From Malacoraja senta (taxonomy: Eukaryota), in assembly GCA_038087875.1 (NCBI GenBank), contig CM075996.1, positions 10,604,001 through 10,668,000 on the forward strand: 64,000 bases of DNA, given 5' to 3'. Shown here piece after piece: positions 1 to 12,446 of the stretch. The notes under the pieces are model-generated. The model was not told where the DNA came from and did not search any database. It worked only from the letters and a program-made list of their open reading frames with translations. Within the stretch, counting starts at the first letter, position 1, and the number at the start of each line of letters is the position of its first letter. Position numbers and translations under genes: made by a program.

Positions 1-972
1 AATGATTTGGAAGAGGGAATTAGGAGCAACACTAGCAAGTTTGCGGATGACACAAAGCTGGGTGGCAGTGTGAACTGTGAAGAGGATGTTAGGAGGTTGC
101 AGGGTGACCTGGACATGTTGAGTGAGTGGGAAGATGCATGGCAGATGCAGTATAATATAGATAAATGTGAGGTTATCCACTTTGGAGGCAAAAACAAGGG
201 GGCAGATTATTATCGCAAAGGGGTTAGTTTAGGTAAGGGGGAGGTGCAGCGAGACCTGGGCGTCCTTGTACACCGGCCATTGAAAGTTGGCTTACAGGTG
301 CAGCAGGCAGTGAAGAAAGCTAATGGAATGTTGGCCTTCATAACAAGAGGATTTCAGTATAGGAGTAAAGAGGTTCTTCTGCAGTTGTATAGGGCTCTGG
401 TGAGACCACATCTGGAGTATTGTGTACAGTTTTGGTCTCCTAATTTGAGAAAGGACATCCTTGTGATTGAGGCAGTGCAGCGTAGGTTCACGAGATTGAT
501 CCCTGGGATGGCGGGACTGTCATATGAGGAAAGATTGAAAAGACTAGGCTTATTTTTCACTGGAGTTTAGATGGATGAGGGGATATCTTATAGAAACATG
601 TAAAATTATAAAAGGACTGGACAAGCTAGACGCAGGAAAAATGTTCCCAATGTTGGGCGAGTCCAGAACCAGGGGCCACAGTCTTAGAATAAAGGGGAGG
701 TCATTTAAGAATGAGGTGAGAAAAAACTTTTTCACCCAGAGAGTTGTGAATTTATGGAATTCCCTGCCACAGAAGGCAGTGGAGGCCAAGTCACTGGATG
801 GATTTAAGAGATAGTTAGATAGAGCTTTAGGGGCTAGTGGAGTCAAGGGATATGGGGAGAAGGCAGGCACAGGTTATTGATAGGGGACGATCAGCCATGA
901 TCACAATGAATGGCGGTGCTGGGTCGAAGGGCTGAATGGCCTCCTCCTGCACCTATTTTCTATGTTTCTATG
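1..972 (+). mobile_element. CR1 LINE 3' fragment (RT C-terminus plus 3' UTR)
   Basis: ORFs 7-570 and 575-814 carry SKFADDTKLGG, RPHLEYCVQFWSP and RTRGHSLRI...FFTQRVVNLWNSLP; ends in a (tttctatg)n tail. Confidence 0.95.
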
Positions 973-2459
973 TCTGCTGATCACCACAATGCTGTGTGCG
1001 AGCTTGGCCACGGTCCACCACGTTACACTGCATTTAAAAAGCGTCCTCGGTGCCACACAGCTACGGAAATCTAAAGGAGATCCTATTCTTTCATCACCCC
1101 AGTGACCCTGGAACACAAACCAGGCCTCCCTTTTCATGTGTTACAACATGACTTCAGTCGGGATCGAGTAACCGAGCATTGACAGTCAGTCGTCTCTTGA
1201 CTCTGTGGTCCTCTCGGCAACTCACCACTCATCTCTGTGAGTGACCCAATCAGGCTGAGGGAACACACTGGAGTACCAAGCTGGAACCCTCCGCACTGAC
1301 TGTGATCCTAGGCTGCACGAACAACAAAGCACTGGGGACCAGGCCTTCTGCAAACCCTGGGAGTTTAAGGAGGGAGCAGCGGGCTCTACCTCACCAATGG
1401 GTCCAGTATCAGCAGGGCACTGGTTGACTGGAGCAGAGTTTTGGGGCCATGGACCACAGAAGAGGGAAGATTAGTAATGCAGGTACCTGGAGACAGCAGC
1501 GAGATCCAGCCCCACAGCTTGGCAAGGGGAGAGAACGATTCAGAGTACGCCAAACCTGGGGGATGGGAAAGAACAGCAAGATGTCAACAACGCAAACTTC
1601 TCTCTCAAAGTTTACTATGTTCAAAGGGCCACGTGGCCCAATGTTTGCGCTGCTGTTCACAAAAGCACCATGCAACTGATCGGCCCACGGCTCAACTGTT
1701 AGTGTGCGGGGATCGCTGATCAGTGCCGACTCGGTGGGCCGAAGGGCCTGTTTTCAAGCTGTATCTCTAAACTAAACTAAAGGAAGGATGTCAAAAGCCT
1801 AAGATAGACACAAAGTTCTGGAGTAACTCAGCGGGTCAGGCAGCATCTTTGTCTGAAAAAGGATGGGTGACGTTTTGGGTCGGGACCCTTCTTCAGACTT
1901 TAAGCCTAAGAATTGATTTAGACAGTTTCTAGAATTACAGTAAAGAGTAATTTAGAAAAGTTCAGTCCTCACGGAACAGAGAAGCTAAAAGAGATAACCT
2001 ATCAAACGTTGAAGTAACAGCAGGATTCTAAACGAGAAAGGTTTAGCTATTGAGGGATCAATAAACAGAGGTCACAGATTCTATACTGACAGGATCCAGA
2101 ATATTATCTCCAAAACTCTGCAGGAAGTGGATTCATTAATGATTTTAAGTGGATAGATACACAGGGTGTTGCTGCTGATACCACCTGGAGATTGCAATGG
2201 AACGATGCTCTTTAACAGAAGCTGCATCAGTTTCCACACCTTGGTGAACAGGCGCTAAGCAGGGGGAGTTTTGTGTCGTCAAATGGCAGCACCCTATTTT
2301 TTGTGGGGGGGTTTTGTGTGTACATATGTGTGTGTGCGTGTGTGTGAATGAATGCCGATTAGCTGCCCCAAACAACAGCTCAGTCCCCCTGATGTGACCC
2401 AGCATCTCAGAAATCTAAAATCCTGTACAACAGGTTCAGCTCCTGCCCAGTGTCAGTCC

Positions 2460-3045
2460 ACGGCCCACTCACCCACCCACAGCCCACCTCATTAACGGCC
2501 CCTCACCTGCCCCAGTAATGGACCCTCACACCCCACCCGCTCCATTTACCCTCCCCACCGTCAACCCGCTTACATGTCCCTCACCCCCCTTCCCAGTAAC
2601 AGCACATGCACCCACCCCATGTCCCGACACCCGCGCCTTGTAATAGCCCACTCAACCTCACCCTGCCCCAGCAATGGGATGTTCAGCCCCACCCAACATC
2701 CTCCACTCACCCACCCAACATCCTCCACACCTTCACCCACCCCACACCCCCCAACATCCTCCACTCACCCACACCCCCACCCTCAAACATCCTCCACTCA
2801 CCCACCCCCACCCCCCACATCCTCCACACCCCCACCCCCAACATCCTCCATGCACCCACCCTGTCCACATCTTAGCAACATCCCCAATTCACCCAGTGCC
2901 CACGCCAAACATCTACCACCCACCCACCTTGTCCATGCCCTAGTAACTGCCCCCATCTATCTGCCCCACCCTAGTAACATCTCCCACCCACCCTGTCCCC
3001 ACCCTAGTAACACCTCCCACCCTCTCATCCACCAACCACAATAAG
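2460..3045. repeat. C/A-rich low-complexity degenerate tandem repeat
   Basis: Repeated ccaacatcctccactcaccc-like units; the P/H/T-rich ORFs here are artefacts. Confidence 0.85.
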
Positions 3046-3206
3046 TGCCAGCTCAGCCGCCCCACTGCCCAGCTTCAATATAAAATCCCTAAAGCCTCTG
3101 TTCCAGCCCCAGCCAGTGTGTCCTCTCTGCCGATAGTGCAACGTGCCGCTCGTTAGCTGTTCAGGATGAGGGACGTGGGGGGTGAGATGATGAACTTTCC
3201 ACTTAC

Positions 3207-3429
3207 CCTGCAGCTCATCCTCGGAGGAGTAGCCAGATGTCGACGACATGTAGATGTCGGAAGAAGTGGAAGGTGCTGTCAGTATCCCTATGCTGTCATA
3301 TGCTCTGTTTAATTTCTCTTCGTAGCTGTCCTCAAAGCTGGACGGCCCTCCGACTGCTGGATGCGAGATACAGGTTACTGTTGTGTTGCGACTGTCCAAA
3401 TAACTGAAGCCTTACACCATGATAAAGGT
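3207..3429 (-). pseudogene. SUN2: SUN2-like coding exon 3, one extra base relative to a phase-1/phase-1 exon
   Basis: tctttag acceptor at 3431-3430 and G|gtaagt donor. Encodes ...MSSTSGYSSEDELQG, resembling the SSSGYSSEDD motif of vertebrate SUN2 as recalled. Length 223 nt (3n+1). Confidence 0.65.
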
Positions 3430-3928
3430 CTAAAGACTTTATTAACGACATAGCATTGGTAACTTCATGCTTGCACGTGTTTCTAATAATGCAAGAACCA
3501 GGCAGGGAGGGTTAATGTAAAGCTAGTGGGTGTAACTACCAAAGCACGACATAACATGAGTGACACTGATCTACAGTTACCTAGGCAAGTCATCACAGGA
3601 AAATATTGCAGCACCTCATATTTCGCTTGGACACCTTACATCCCAACAATATGATGTTGACATCTCTAACTTCGTAACACTTGTTTTCCCTCAATCTCTC
3701 CATCCCTCCACCATCCTGGCTCTCCGGCCAGCTTAACTGTCCTCCTGATTAAATTTTATCTTTGTATGCTTCGTTGTCACCTTCCCCTAGCTAATAATAA
3801 AAATATCCACTGACTTGGCCTCCACAGCCTTCTGTGGCAATGAATTCCACTGATTCACCACCCTCTGACTAAAGAAATGCGCCGGTGCCCAGCTTCCACC
3901 CCCCGCGCTGCCCTCCCCGGACACATAC

Positions 3929-4116
3929 CGACGGGCTCCTGCCAGCCGCTGCTGCTGCCGAGGTGCTGAGAGCGCTGAGAGAGCTGAGAGTGCTGAGAGA
4001 ACTTGGAAGCGTTGCTGATGTAGCTACTCAGACTGTTGACTGAACTGTTGGATGGCGAACCTTTGACTCCAGGCACAGGTCCCAGCCATTTGCTGTTTGA
4101 CCTTTTCTTGTGCAAC
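3929..4116 (-). pseudogene. SUN2: SUN2-like coding exon 2
   Basis: ttttatcgtttcag acceptor and G|gtatgt donor. Reads (R)LHKKRSNSKWLGPVPGVKGSPSNSSVNSLSSYISNAS, phase-compatible with the ...YKETPV(R) end of exon 1. Confidence 0.7.
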
Positions 4117-4130
4117 CTGAAACGATAAAA

Positions 4131-6906
4131 TAGGAATGTTACAACATTTTGAGATTTTAAAAATCAAGCTTGTCATTTATCCCACCAGATAAAGGATAAA
4201 AAGAACTTTAATTTGATACCTAATTCACGTTCATATCTTTACTATTAAAAAAGTTATGGTCATTTTCATACTTGGAAATTAGCATCTTGTTGCCTATTGC
4301 TTTTCCATTGACTTAAAACAAAAACTGTGATCGAGGACAGTCAATTGACATAAAAGCCCATAACTTTCTTAAAAATTAAGAGCTGAATGAAATTTTCAGT
4401 TATTATAGATTGAAGCATACTGAAACAAATATGAAACATCTTACTTGGATGACCTAAAATTAAAGCATATAATTAGTTAGTTACCTAATTGTAGCTAATT
4501 ACAAAATTGACCGTTGTGACTGAAATAGTAATAAACACCCAGACTACCTTGAAAATTAAAAAATGTGATATTCTCAAGATCAGAACTTTAATATTATTGT
4601 ATTATATGTTGTAAGTCCATAACAGACAGGTAAAGAAATTACAATTTCTATTAAAGACCAAGTCTTTATGGAGATCAGTTGCTAGCTGATACATTGGCAT
4701 ATTATAATCAGTAGCATCATCATACTCCTCAGATTTTAGCCAATAAGCAACTCTGTACACCTTGTTTTTCTTCAACTTTTCAATTTTGGCATTGTAAACT
4801 ACAAGTTTTTGCTCTTTCTGCCCACTACTTTCCCGTTAAGAATGTCCTGTAGATCATCACATTTGGAGTAGTCCAAATTCGGATAATCTCTGCGAATGCT
4901 GTCTAAATCAGTCTCTTTTGCTGGGCATTTGGATTGACAATTTCTTCTTTGGAGCCATCTGTTTAAAATGTTTTTAAAAAGCACTGAACAGCATTAACAG
5001 AAACAAGTTATTATTTGCAGTTTATAAAAAAGGGTAGAAATGATAAACGCTAAACCAAATAGTAAATACCCAACAAAAAATTCATTCATCAGTTTCATCA
5101 AATCAATTGATTTGATCTAAACATCTATCCATTTCTTAAGAAAATGCTAACATTTTTAAATAGCCAAAGATTCCAAATAACAAATAACAATTTGATCCCA
5201 TTCACACAAGAATTCACAATATAACATGATTTTTAAATCTCACTTTGTCATGAATTTATATGCCAAATGGAAGGAATTTAATGTTTAATTCCCATAAATT
5301 AATCCAGAAACATCCACTCTCAAGTGGATGTCGATGTAGTGTATCTAGACTTTCAGAAAGCCTTTGATAAGGTCCCGCACGGGAGAAAGGTGACTAAAAT
5401 TAGAGCACATGGTATTGGGGGTAGGGTGTTGACATGGATAGAAAATTGGTTGGCAGAGCGGAAGCAAAGAGTAGGAGTGAACGGGTCCTTTTCAGAATGG
5501 CAGGCAGTGGCGAGTGGAGTGCCGCAAGGCTCGGTGTTGGGGCCGCAACTGTTTACCATATATATTAATGATTTGGAAGAGGGAATTAGGAGCAACACTA
5601 ATACAGCAGGCAGTGAAGAAAGCTAATGGAATGTTGGCCTTCATAACAAGTGGATTTCAGTATAGGAGTAAAGAGGTTCTTCTGCAGTTGTATAGGGCTC
5701 TGGTGAGACCACATCTGGAGTATTTTGTACAGTTTTGGTCTCCTAATTTGAGGAAGGACATCCTTGTCATTGAGGCAGTGCAGCGTAGGTTCACGAGATT
5801 GATCCCTGGGATGGCGGGACTGTCATATCAGAAAGATTGAAAAGACTAGGCTTGTATTCACTGGAGTTTAGACGGATGAGGGGGGATCTTATAGAAACAT
5901 AAAATTATAAAAGGACTGGACAAGCTAGATGCAGGAAAAATGTTCCCAATGTTGGGCGAGTCCAGAACCAGGGGCCACAGTCTTAGAATAAAGGAGAGGT
6001 CATTTAAGACTGAGGTGAGACAAAACTTTTTCACCCAGAGAGTTTTGAATTTATGGAATTCCCTGCCACAGAGGGCAGTGGAGGCCAAGTCACTGGATGG
6101 ATTTAAGAGAGTTAGATAGAGCTTTAGGGGCTAGTGGAGTCAAGGGATATGGGGAGAAGGCAGGCACAGGTTATTGATAGGGGACGATCAGCCATGATCA
6201 CAATGAATGGCGGTGCTGGCTCGAAGGGCCGAATGGCCTCCTCCTGCACCTATTTTCTATGTTTCTATGATAATCAAATCATTATTTTTTGCACAATACA
6301 TCTGACTAAAACTGTACTGTGGATATTTAGTATGAAAATATTGATCATGGATAGACCATAACACAAAATATAGATGATTTAGATGTTCTTATGACATGAT
6401 AGTGCAAAAAAATAATGAATTTGATTGTCTTGAGAATGGATGTTTCTGGAATGTGATCGATTGGAATGTTGCCGTTGCCATAAATTTTAAGCCCATATCG
6501 GCAGGCAAGACATGGCCGATTGGTATGGGGGCCTAAATAACATTTTTTGTACCATAAGATTAAAATGAAGCCACACCAAAATACAACATAATATGTTAAA
6601 TAGACGACATACCTTTTGTTTTGTCCTGCACTTGCGATCCGTGATGTTGAAGGTGTTGAAGGCGTTACAAGTTGCATTAACTTCAATCCAGTGATGCAAT
6701 CGCCCAGCAATTTAAAAAAAACGGGAACGGAAACGCGAACGATTTTTCTTCATCAGCTAGCAGCCCGAGGAAATCCATATCCGACAACCAATACAAACCT
6801 GCATTTTAATCCCGCCCCCCCCCCCCCCCCCAAGCCTCTGGAATCGCACGCACAGGCAGCAGGCAGATCTGGAGCACCACTGGTGGGTGGTTTTGTAACA
6901 ACGCGA
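4131..6906. mobile_element. TIR DNA transposon, longer internally deleted member of the family at 25295 and 27664, with a transposase C-terminal remnant; interrupted by CR1
   Basis: Starts TAGGAATGTTACAACATTTTGAG; the first ~380 bp align with 25295 onward. Right end ttttgtaacaacgcga; flanks gataaaa/gataaag. Minus-strand remnant ~4650-4984: LDSIRRDYPNLDYSKCDDLQDILNGKVVGR...VVYNAKIEKLKKNKVYRVAYW. Confidence 0.75.
5324..6269 (+). mobile_element. CR1 LINE fragment with internal deletion near 5601
   Basis: [14 protein letters not shown] and [10 protein letters not shown] motifs, then a jump to [11 protein letters not shown]1 3' tail. Confidence 0.93.
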
Positions 6907-7014
6907 GATAAAGGGCAACGATTTAGGGTGGAGGCAGACCAGGACTGCGAAAGAGAAGCAGCAACTTCTGTGAAATTGGCACAGCAATCCAAAACACATT
7001 GTTGGTATGGGTTA

Positions 7015-7763
7015 TAAACATAGAAAATAGGTGCAGGAGTAGCCCATGAAGCCAGCCTCATTCAATATGATCATGGCTGATCATCCACAATCAGTATCCT
7101 GTTCCTGCTTTCTCCCCATAACCCTTGATTCCACTAGCCCAAAGAGCACCATCTAATTCTCTTTAGAATGCATCTAGTGAATCGGCCTCCACTGCTTTCT
7201 GTGGCAGAGAATTCCACGCATTCACAACTCTCTGGGTGAAACATAATGTTTCACCAAGAGAGTTGTGACATTATTGCTATTTGAGTGCAGCGTAAGTTCA
7301 CCAATTTAATTCCTAGGATGGCAGGACTGACATATGATGAAAGAATGGGTCGACTGGATTTGTATTCGTGGTATTTAGAAGGATGAGAGGGTATATATAT
7401 TGAAACATAAATTTTTTAGAGGATTGGACAAGGTAGTTGCAGGAAAAATGTTCCCGATGTTGGGGGAGTCCAGAACCCGGGGTCACAGTTTAAGAATAAG
7501 GGGTAGGCCATTTAAGACTGAGATGAGGAAAAACTTTTTCACCCAAAGAGTTGTGATTCTGCGGAATTCTCTGCCACAGAAGGCAGTGGAGGCCAATTGG
7601 AGGATTTTCAGAGAGAGGTAGATTTAGCTCTTAGGGAATCAAGGGATATGGGGATGAAGCCAGAACGATATATTGATTTTGGATGATCAGCCATGATCAT
7701 ATTGAATGGCTGTGCTAGCTCGAAGGGCCGAATGGCCTCCTCCTGCACCGATTTTCTATGTTT
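7015..7763. mobile_element. Two CR1 3' fragments in opposite orientation (minus ~7015-7240, plus ~7270-7763)
   Basis: catagaaaataggtgcagg reverse tail; KMFPMLGESRTRGHSLRI on plus. Confidence 0.85.
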
Positions 7764-8207
7764 CAGTCTGAGAGTCGGAAGAAGGGTCTCGCCCTGAAAT
7801 GTCACCCATTGCTTCTATCAGAGATGCTGCCTGTCCCGCTGAGTTCCTCCAGCATTTTGTGTCTACCTGCGGTGTAAACCAGCATCCACAGTTACTCCCT
7901 ACATTTAAATCAGACTAGCTGGGTCAGGGTAGAGGTTACCGGCACTGTGGTTGAGCAGTGCTCAGGTTTCCAGATGCCAGGGTGTAAGACGACTTTAATC
8001 ATCGATGATGCAGGAGGCCATTCAGCCCATCTGTGCCAGTCAAGTAAAAACAACCCTGTCCGATCGCCTGCCACCCTGCAGGTCACGCACTGCAATACAT
8101 AGCCAAGCGTGTTGAAGTTTCACAGCAGCAGCCCTTCTGTCCATTGTGACCACATCACTAAATATTCATTCATCGTACACACAGCCACTCACTGACAACC
8201 TTTTGGG

Positions 8208-8690
8208 TCGGCACGGTGGCACAACGGTAGAGTTGCTGCCTCACAGCGCCAGAGACCTGGGTTCAATCCTGCCCACGGGTGCTGTCTGTATGGAGTTTGT
8301 ACCTTCTCCCTATGACTGCATGGGTTTTCTCTGGGTGCTCCAGTTTCCTCTGATGTACAGATGTACAGGTTTGTAGGATAATTGGCTACTGATAACTATA
8401 AATTGTCCCTAGTGTGTGTAGGATAATGCTACCTAATGCTAGCTTATCTGTAGCCACCTTTTGCTCCGGTATTTTATTTAATTCACATGTTTAATCAATA
8501 ATGTTTTATTATTCATGTTTAATGTGTCATTCCTACTTGTCACTGTATGTCGTTGTCACCTGCGGGCGGAGCACCAAGGCAAATTCCTTGTATGTGAATA
8601 CTTGACCAATAAGCTTATTCTTATTGGGTGATGACTGGTTGGTGCGGACTTGCTGGGCCAAAGGGCTTGTCTCCGCGCTGTATCTCTAAG
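8208..8690 (+). mobile_element. tRNA-derived SINE (HE1-like elasmobranch SINE) with an internal insertion
   Basis: ggcacggtggcacaacggtagagttgctgcctcacagcgccagagacctgggttcaatcc (A/B boxes) and a CR1-like 3' end. Similar copies at ~10006, ~21220, ~38400-38880(-), ~41580-41870(-) and ~49040-49330(-). Confidence 0.8.
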
Positions 8691-9379
8691 GTCTAGAGAC
8701 CTCCCAACGGCCCTATTTGTTTCTTGATCATTCTCTTGCTCTTCGCGTACATAAAATATCTTTTGATTTTATTTGCCAAATATTTTCAAACCCTCCTTGC
8801 TTTCTGTAATTGTCACCTTTAATTTCTCTCCTACACTTTCTAAACTTTGCTGGTTTTTCTGCCCATTAATCCATCAGCGCCTGTCATAAGCAAAACACTG
8901 CTGTTGTGTGTGATTGGCCCTGCTCCAGCTTAGTGCCCGGTGAAGCACTACACATAACATGTCACAGGAAACTACATGCGGAACATGATTTAGGATTATC
9001 CGACCTGCTTCCATGCAAGATTAAAGCACTGAACAGCTTCAGCTTTTGCATTCAGCCAATCTTACATGGGTTGTAACTCTTCGTTAGGTCCAGCAACAGT
9101 GCCACATAGTTGTCTCGACCTTTGGTTGTGCACCCCAGTGTTGGCACTGTTCCCGCTGACCACGTGGTTGGCATCATATTCCAAGTAACTGCAGGCTTCC
9201 TCCATCCCACTCCTTCCTTTCCAGCCAACCTCCTGCCAACTGCACGGCTGCCTCTCCAACTGCACCACTCTGCTGCAACATTGCATCTCTTTCTATAATT
9301 TGGTCCTCACCCTAAAATGTCTTCTATTTGGTCTCACATTTTAATCTCATAGGTGATAGGAGCAGAATTAGGCCATGCA

Positions 9380-9840
9380 GGGAAATGTGAGGTGTTGCAT
9401 TTTGGGAAGACTAACAAGGGCAGGACCTGCACAGTGAATGGTGGGGCTCTGGGGTACGTTGTAGAGCGGAGGGATCTGGTTACCTGAAGGTGGAGTCACA
9501 GGTAGATCAGGTGGTCAAAAAGGCTTTTGGCACATTGGCCTTCATCAGCCACGGTATTGAGTATCGAAGTTGGGAGATCAAGTTGCAGTTGTAGAAGACA
9601 TGGTGAGACTGCTTTTAAAATATTGTGTTCAGTTCTGGGCACCATGTTATAGGAAAGATATTGTCAAGCGGGAATGGGTACAGAGAAGATTTACAACGAT
9701 TTTGCCAGGACTAGAGGGTGTGAGCTACATGGAGAGGTTTAGTAGGCTGGGACTCTATTTCTTTGAGCGCAGGAAGATGAGGGGTGATCGTATAGAGGTG
9801 CATAAGATCATGAGAGGAACAGATTGGGTAGATGCACAGA
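9380..9840 (+). mobile_element. Degenerate CR1 fragment (second subfamily)
   Basis: KYCVQFWAPCYRKDI...VQRRFT...RKMRGDRIEVHKIMRG. Confidence 0.85.
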
Positions 9841-10039
9841 GGCCTAATATACACGCGGGTAATTTTCAGAAAAAAGCGCCGATCTGTTTAATTTACGTAT
9901 TTTTGAATGATGTGCTGCTTTTTAAGCACGTAACTCTACGTAAATTGTGAGGTGCCTGTACTCGTGCATTGTATGATTTAAGTGGATAGTACGCAAGCTA
10001 AGCTCGGCATGGTGGCGCAGCGGTAGAGTTGCTGCCTTA

Positions 10040-10368
10040 AGGGCCTGTCCCACTTACGCGATTTTTTTTGGCGACTGCTGGCACCCGTCACGGTCATAGC
10101 AGGTCGCCAAAAATTTTCAACATGTTGAAAATCCAGCGGCGATCAGAAAAAGGTACGACTCTTTGGGCGACTACTCTCGACCATGCACGCGTCACGTGTC
10201 GACAAGTCGTGGGGTGACCCCTGTATGGTCGAGAGTAGTCGCCCAAACAATTGTACTTTTTTCTGGTCACTGCTGGATTTTCAACATGTTGACAAATTTC
10301 AGTGACCTGCTGCGACTATGACGGGTGCCGGCAGTCGCTGAAAAAATCGCGTAAGTGGGACAGGCCGT
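10040..10368. mobile_element. Palindromic MITE (PIF/Harbinger-like) inserted in a SINE
   Basis: TIRs agggcctgtcccacttacgcgatttttt / aaaaaatcgcgtaagtgggacaggccgt; near-whole-length foldback; TTA TSD at 10037-10039 and 10369-10371; splits the SINE motif gctgcctta|cagcgccag. Confidence 0.85.
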
Positions 10369-10536
10369 TTACAGCGCCAGGGACCCAGGTTCCATTATGA
10401 TTATGGATGGTTGTCTGTACACAGTTTGTAAATTCTCACCGTGACCTCACCGTGGCAGATGCAGTATAATATAGATAAATGTGAGGTTATCCACTTTGGT
10501 GGCAAAAACAAGGGGGAAGATTATTATCTCAATGGG

Positions 10537-12446
10537 AGGTACACAAAAATGCTGGAGAAACTCAGCGGGTGCAGCAGCATCTATGGAGCGAAGGAAATAG
10601 GTAACGTTTCGGGCCGAAACCCTTCTTCAGACTGATAGGGGGTGGGGAGAAGAAAGGAAAAAAGGAAAAGGAGGAGGAGGAGCCCGAGGGCTGGGGGAGG
10701 GGAGGAGACAACCAGATGGCTGATGAAGGGGAGGGGACAGCCAGGGCTAGCAGAATTGGGAGAATTCAACGTTCAAGCCACCAGGATGTAGACTGCCCAA
10801 GCGGAATATGAGGTGCATTTCCTCCAATTTACGGTGTTGCTCGCTGTGGCCATGGAGGAGACCCAGGACAGAGAGGTCAGATACGGAATGGGAGGGGGAG
10901 TTGAAGTGCTGAGCCACCGGGAGTTCAGGTTGGTTATTGCGGACCGACCGGAGGTGTTCGGCGAAACGATCGCCAAGCCTCCGCTTGGTCTCACCGATGT
11001 AGATCAGCTGGCATCTAGAGCAGCGAATGCAATAGATGAGGTTGGAGGAGATGCAGGTGAACCTCTGTCGCACCTGGAACGACTGCTTGGGTCCTGGAAT
11101 GGAGTGGAGGGGGAAGTGAAGGGACAAGTGTTGCATCTCTTGCGGTTGCAAGGGAAAGTACCAGGGGAGGGGGTGGTATGGGAGGGAAGGGAAGAATTGA
11201 CAAGAGAGTTACGGAGGGAGCGGTCTTTGCGGAAGGCAGACATAGGGGGAGATGGGAAGATGTGGCGAGTGGTGGGGTCACGTTGGAGGTGGCGAAACTG
11301 ACGGAGGATCACTTGTTGTATGTGACGGCTGGTGGGGTGAAAGGTGAGGACTAGGGGGACTCTGCCTTTGTTGTGAGTGGGGGGATGGGGAGAGAGAGCA
11401 GTGTTGCGGGGTATGGCAGAGACCCTGGTGCGAGCCTCATCTATGGTGGAGGAGGGGAACCCCCGTTCCCTGAAGAATGAGGACATTTCAGATGCCCTGG
11501 TGTGGAACGCCTCATCCTGGGAGCAGATGCGGCGTAGACGGAGGAATTGGGAGTGGGGGATGGAGTCCTTACAGGAAGCAGGGTGGGAAGAAGTGTAGTC
11601 CAGATAGCCATGGGAGTCGGTAGGTTTGTAGTGGATGTCGGTAAGGAGTCTATCACCTGCGATGGAGATAGTGAGGTCAAGGAATGGTAGGGAAGTGTCG
11701 GAAATGGTCCAGGTGTATTTGAGTGCCGGATGGAAGTTGGTGGTGAAGCGGATGAAGTCAGTCAGTTGTGTGTGGGTGCAGGATGTGGCACCAAAACAAT
11801 CATCGATGTAGCGGAGGTAGAGGTCGGGGATGGGGCCCTGGTACGCATTGAACAGGGATTGTTCTACGTACCCGACAAAGAGGCAGGCGTAGCTGGGGCC
11901 CATGCGTGTGCCCATAGCTACGCCTTGTATTTGGAGGAAATGGGAGGAGTCAAATGAAAAGTTATTAAGTGTAAGTACCAGCTCCGCTAGGCGGAGGAGG
12001 GTGTCAGTGGCCGGGTATAGATTGCTTCTACGGTCGAGGAAAAAACGGAGGGCTTTGAGACCATCCTGGTGGGGGATGGAGGTGTACAGTGACTGGACGT
12101 CCATGGTGAAGATGAGGGGGTGAGGGCCTAGAGAGTGGAATGCGCGGAGATGACGGAGAGTGTCTGAGGTGTCTTGAACATAGGTGGGGAGGGATTTAAC
12201 CAAGGGGGATAGTATGGAGTCGAGGTAGGTGGAGATGAGTTCGGTGGGGCAAGAACAGGCAGAGACAATGGGTCTACCAGGACAGTCAGGTTTGTGGATT
12301 TTGGGGAGAAGGTAAAAGCGGGCTGTGCGGGGCTGGGGAACGATGAGGTTGGAGGCTCGTTCGGGCAGGGCGTGGGAGTGGATGAAGTCGGTGATGGTGC
12401 TGGAGATGGTGGCCTGGTGCTCGTCAGTAGGGTCATGGTCCATGGG
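10537..12446 (-). mobile_element. Penelope-like retroelement, 5'-truncated: RT, Cys-rich linker and GIY-YIG endonuclease
   Basis: 479-aa ORF 12443-11004 (LPKIHK, GRPIVS, MDVQSLYTSIP, GVAMGT, RYIDD, CNRKRCNTC). One frameshift near 11110 leads to NLIYCIRC...YIGETKRRLGDRFAEH. Inserted in a CR1 with atggg on both sides. Confidence 0.93.

Noticed and set aside
2574..3044. Pro/His/Thr-rich ORFs (also 19385-20256 and 57803-58529)
   Set aside because: Translations of C/A-rich low-complexity DNA, open in several frames.
6134..6361. Recurrent small ORFs MESRDMGRRQA... (also 13054)
   Set aside because: Read-through of the CR1 3' UTR, not a gene family.
8208..8290. tRNA-like A/B boxes as tRNA genes
   Set aside because: They are SINE heads followed by SINE body and CR1-like tails, repeated many times in the window.
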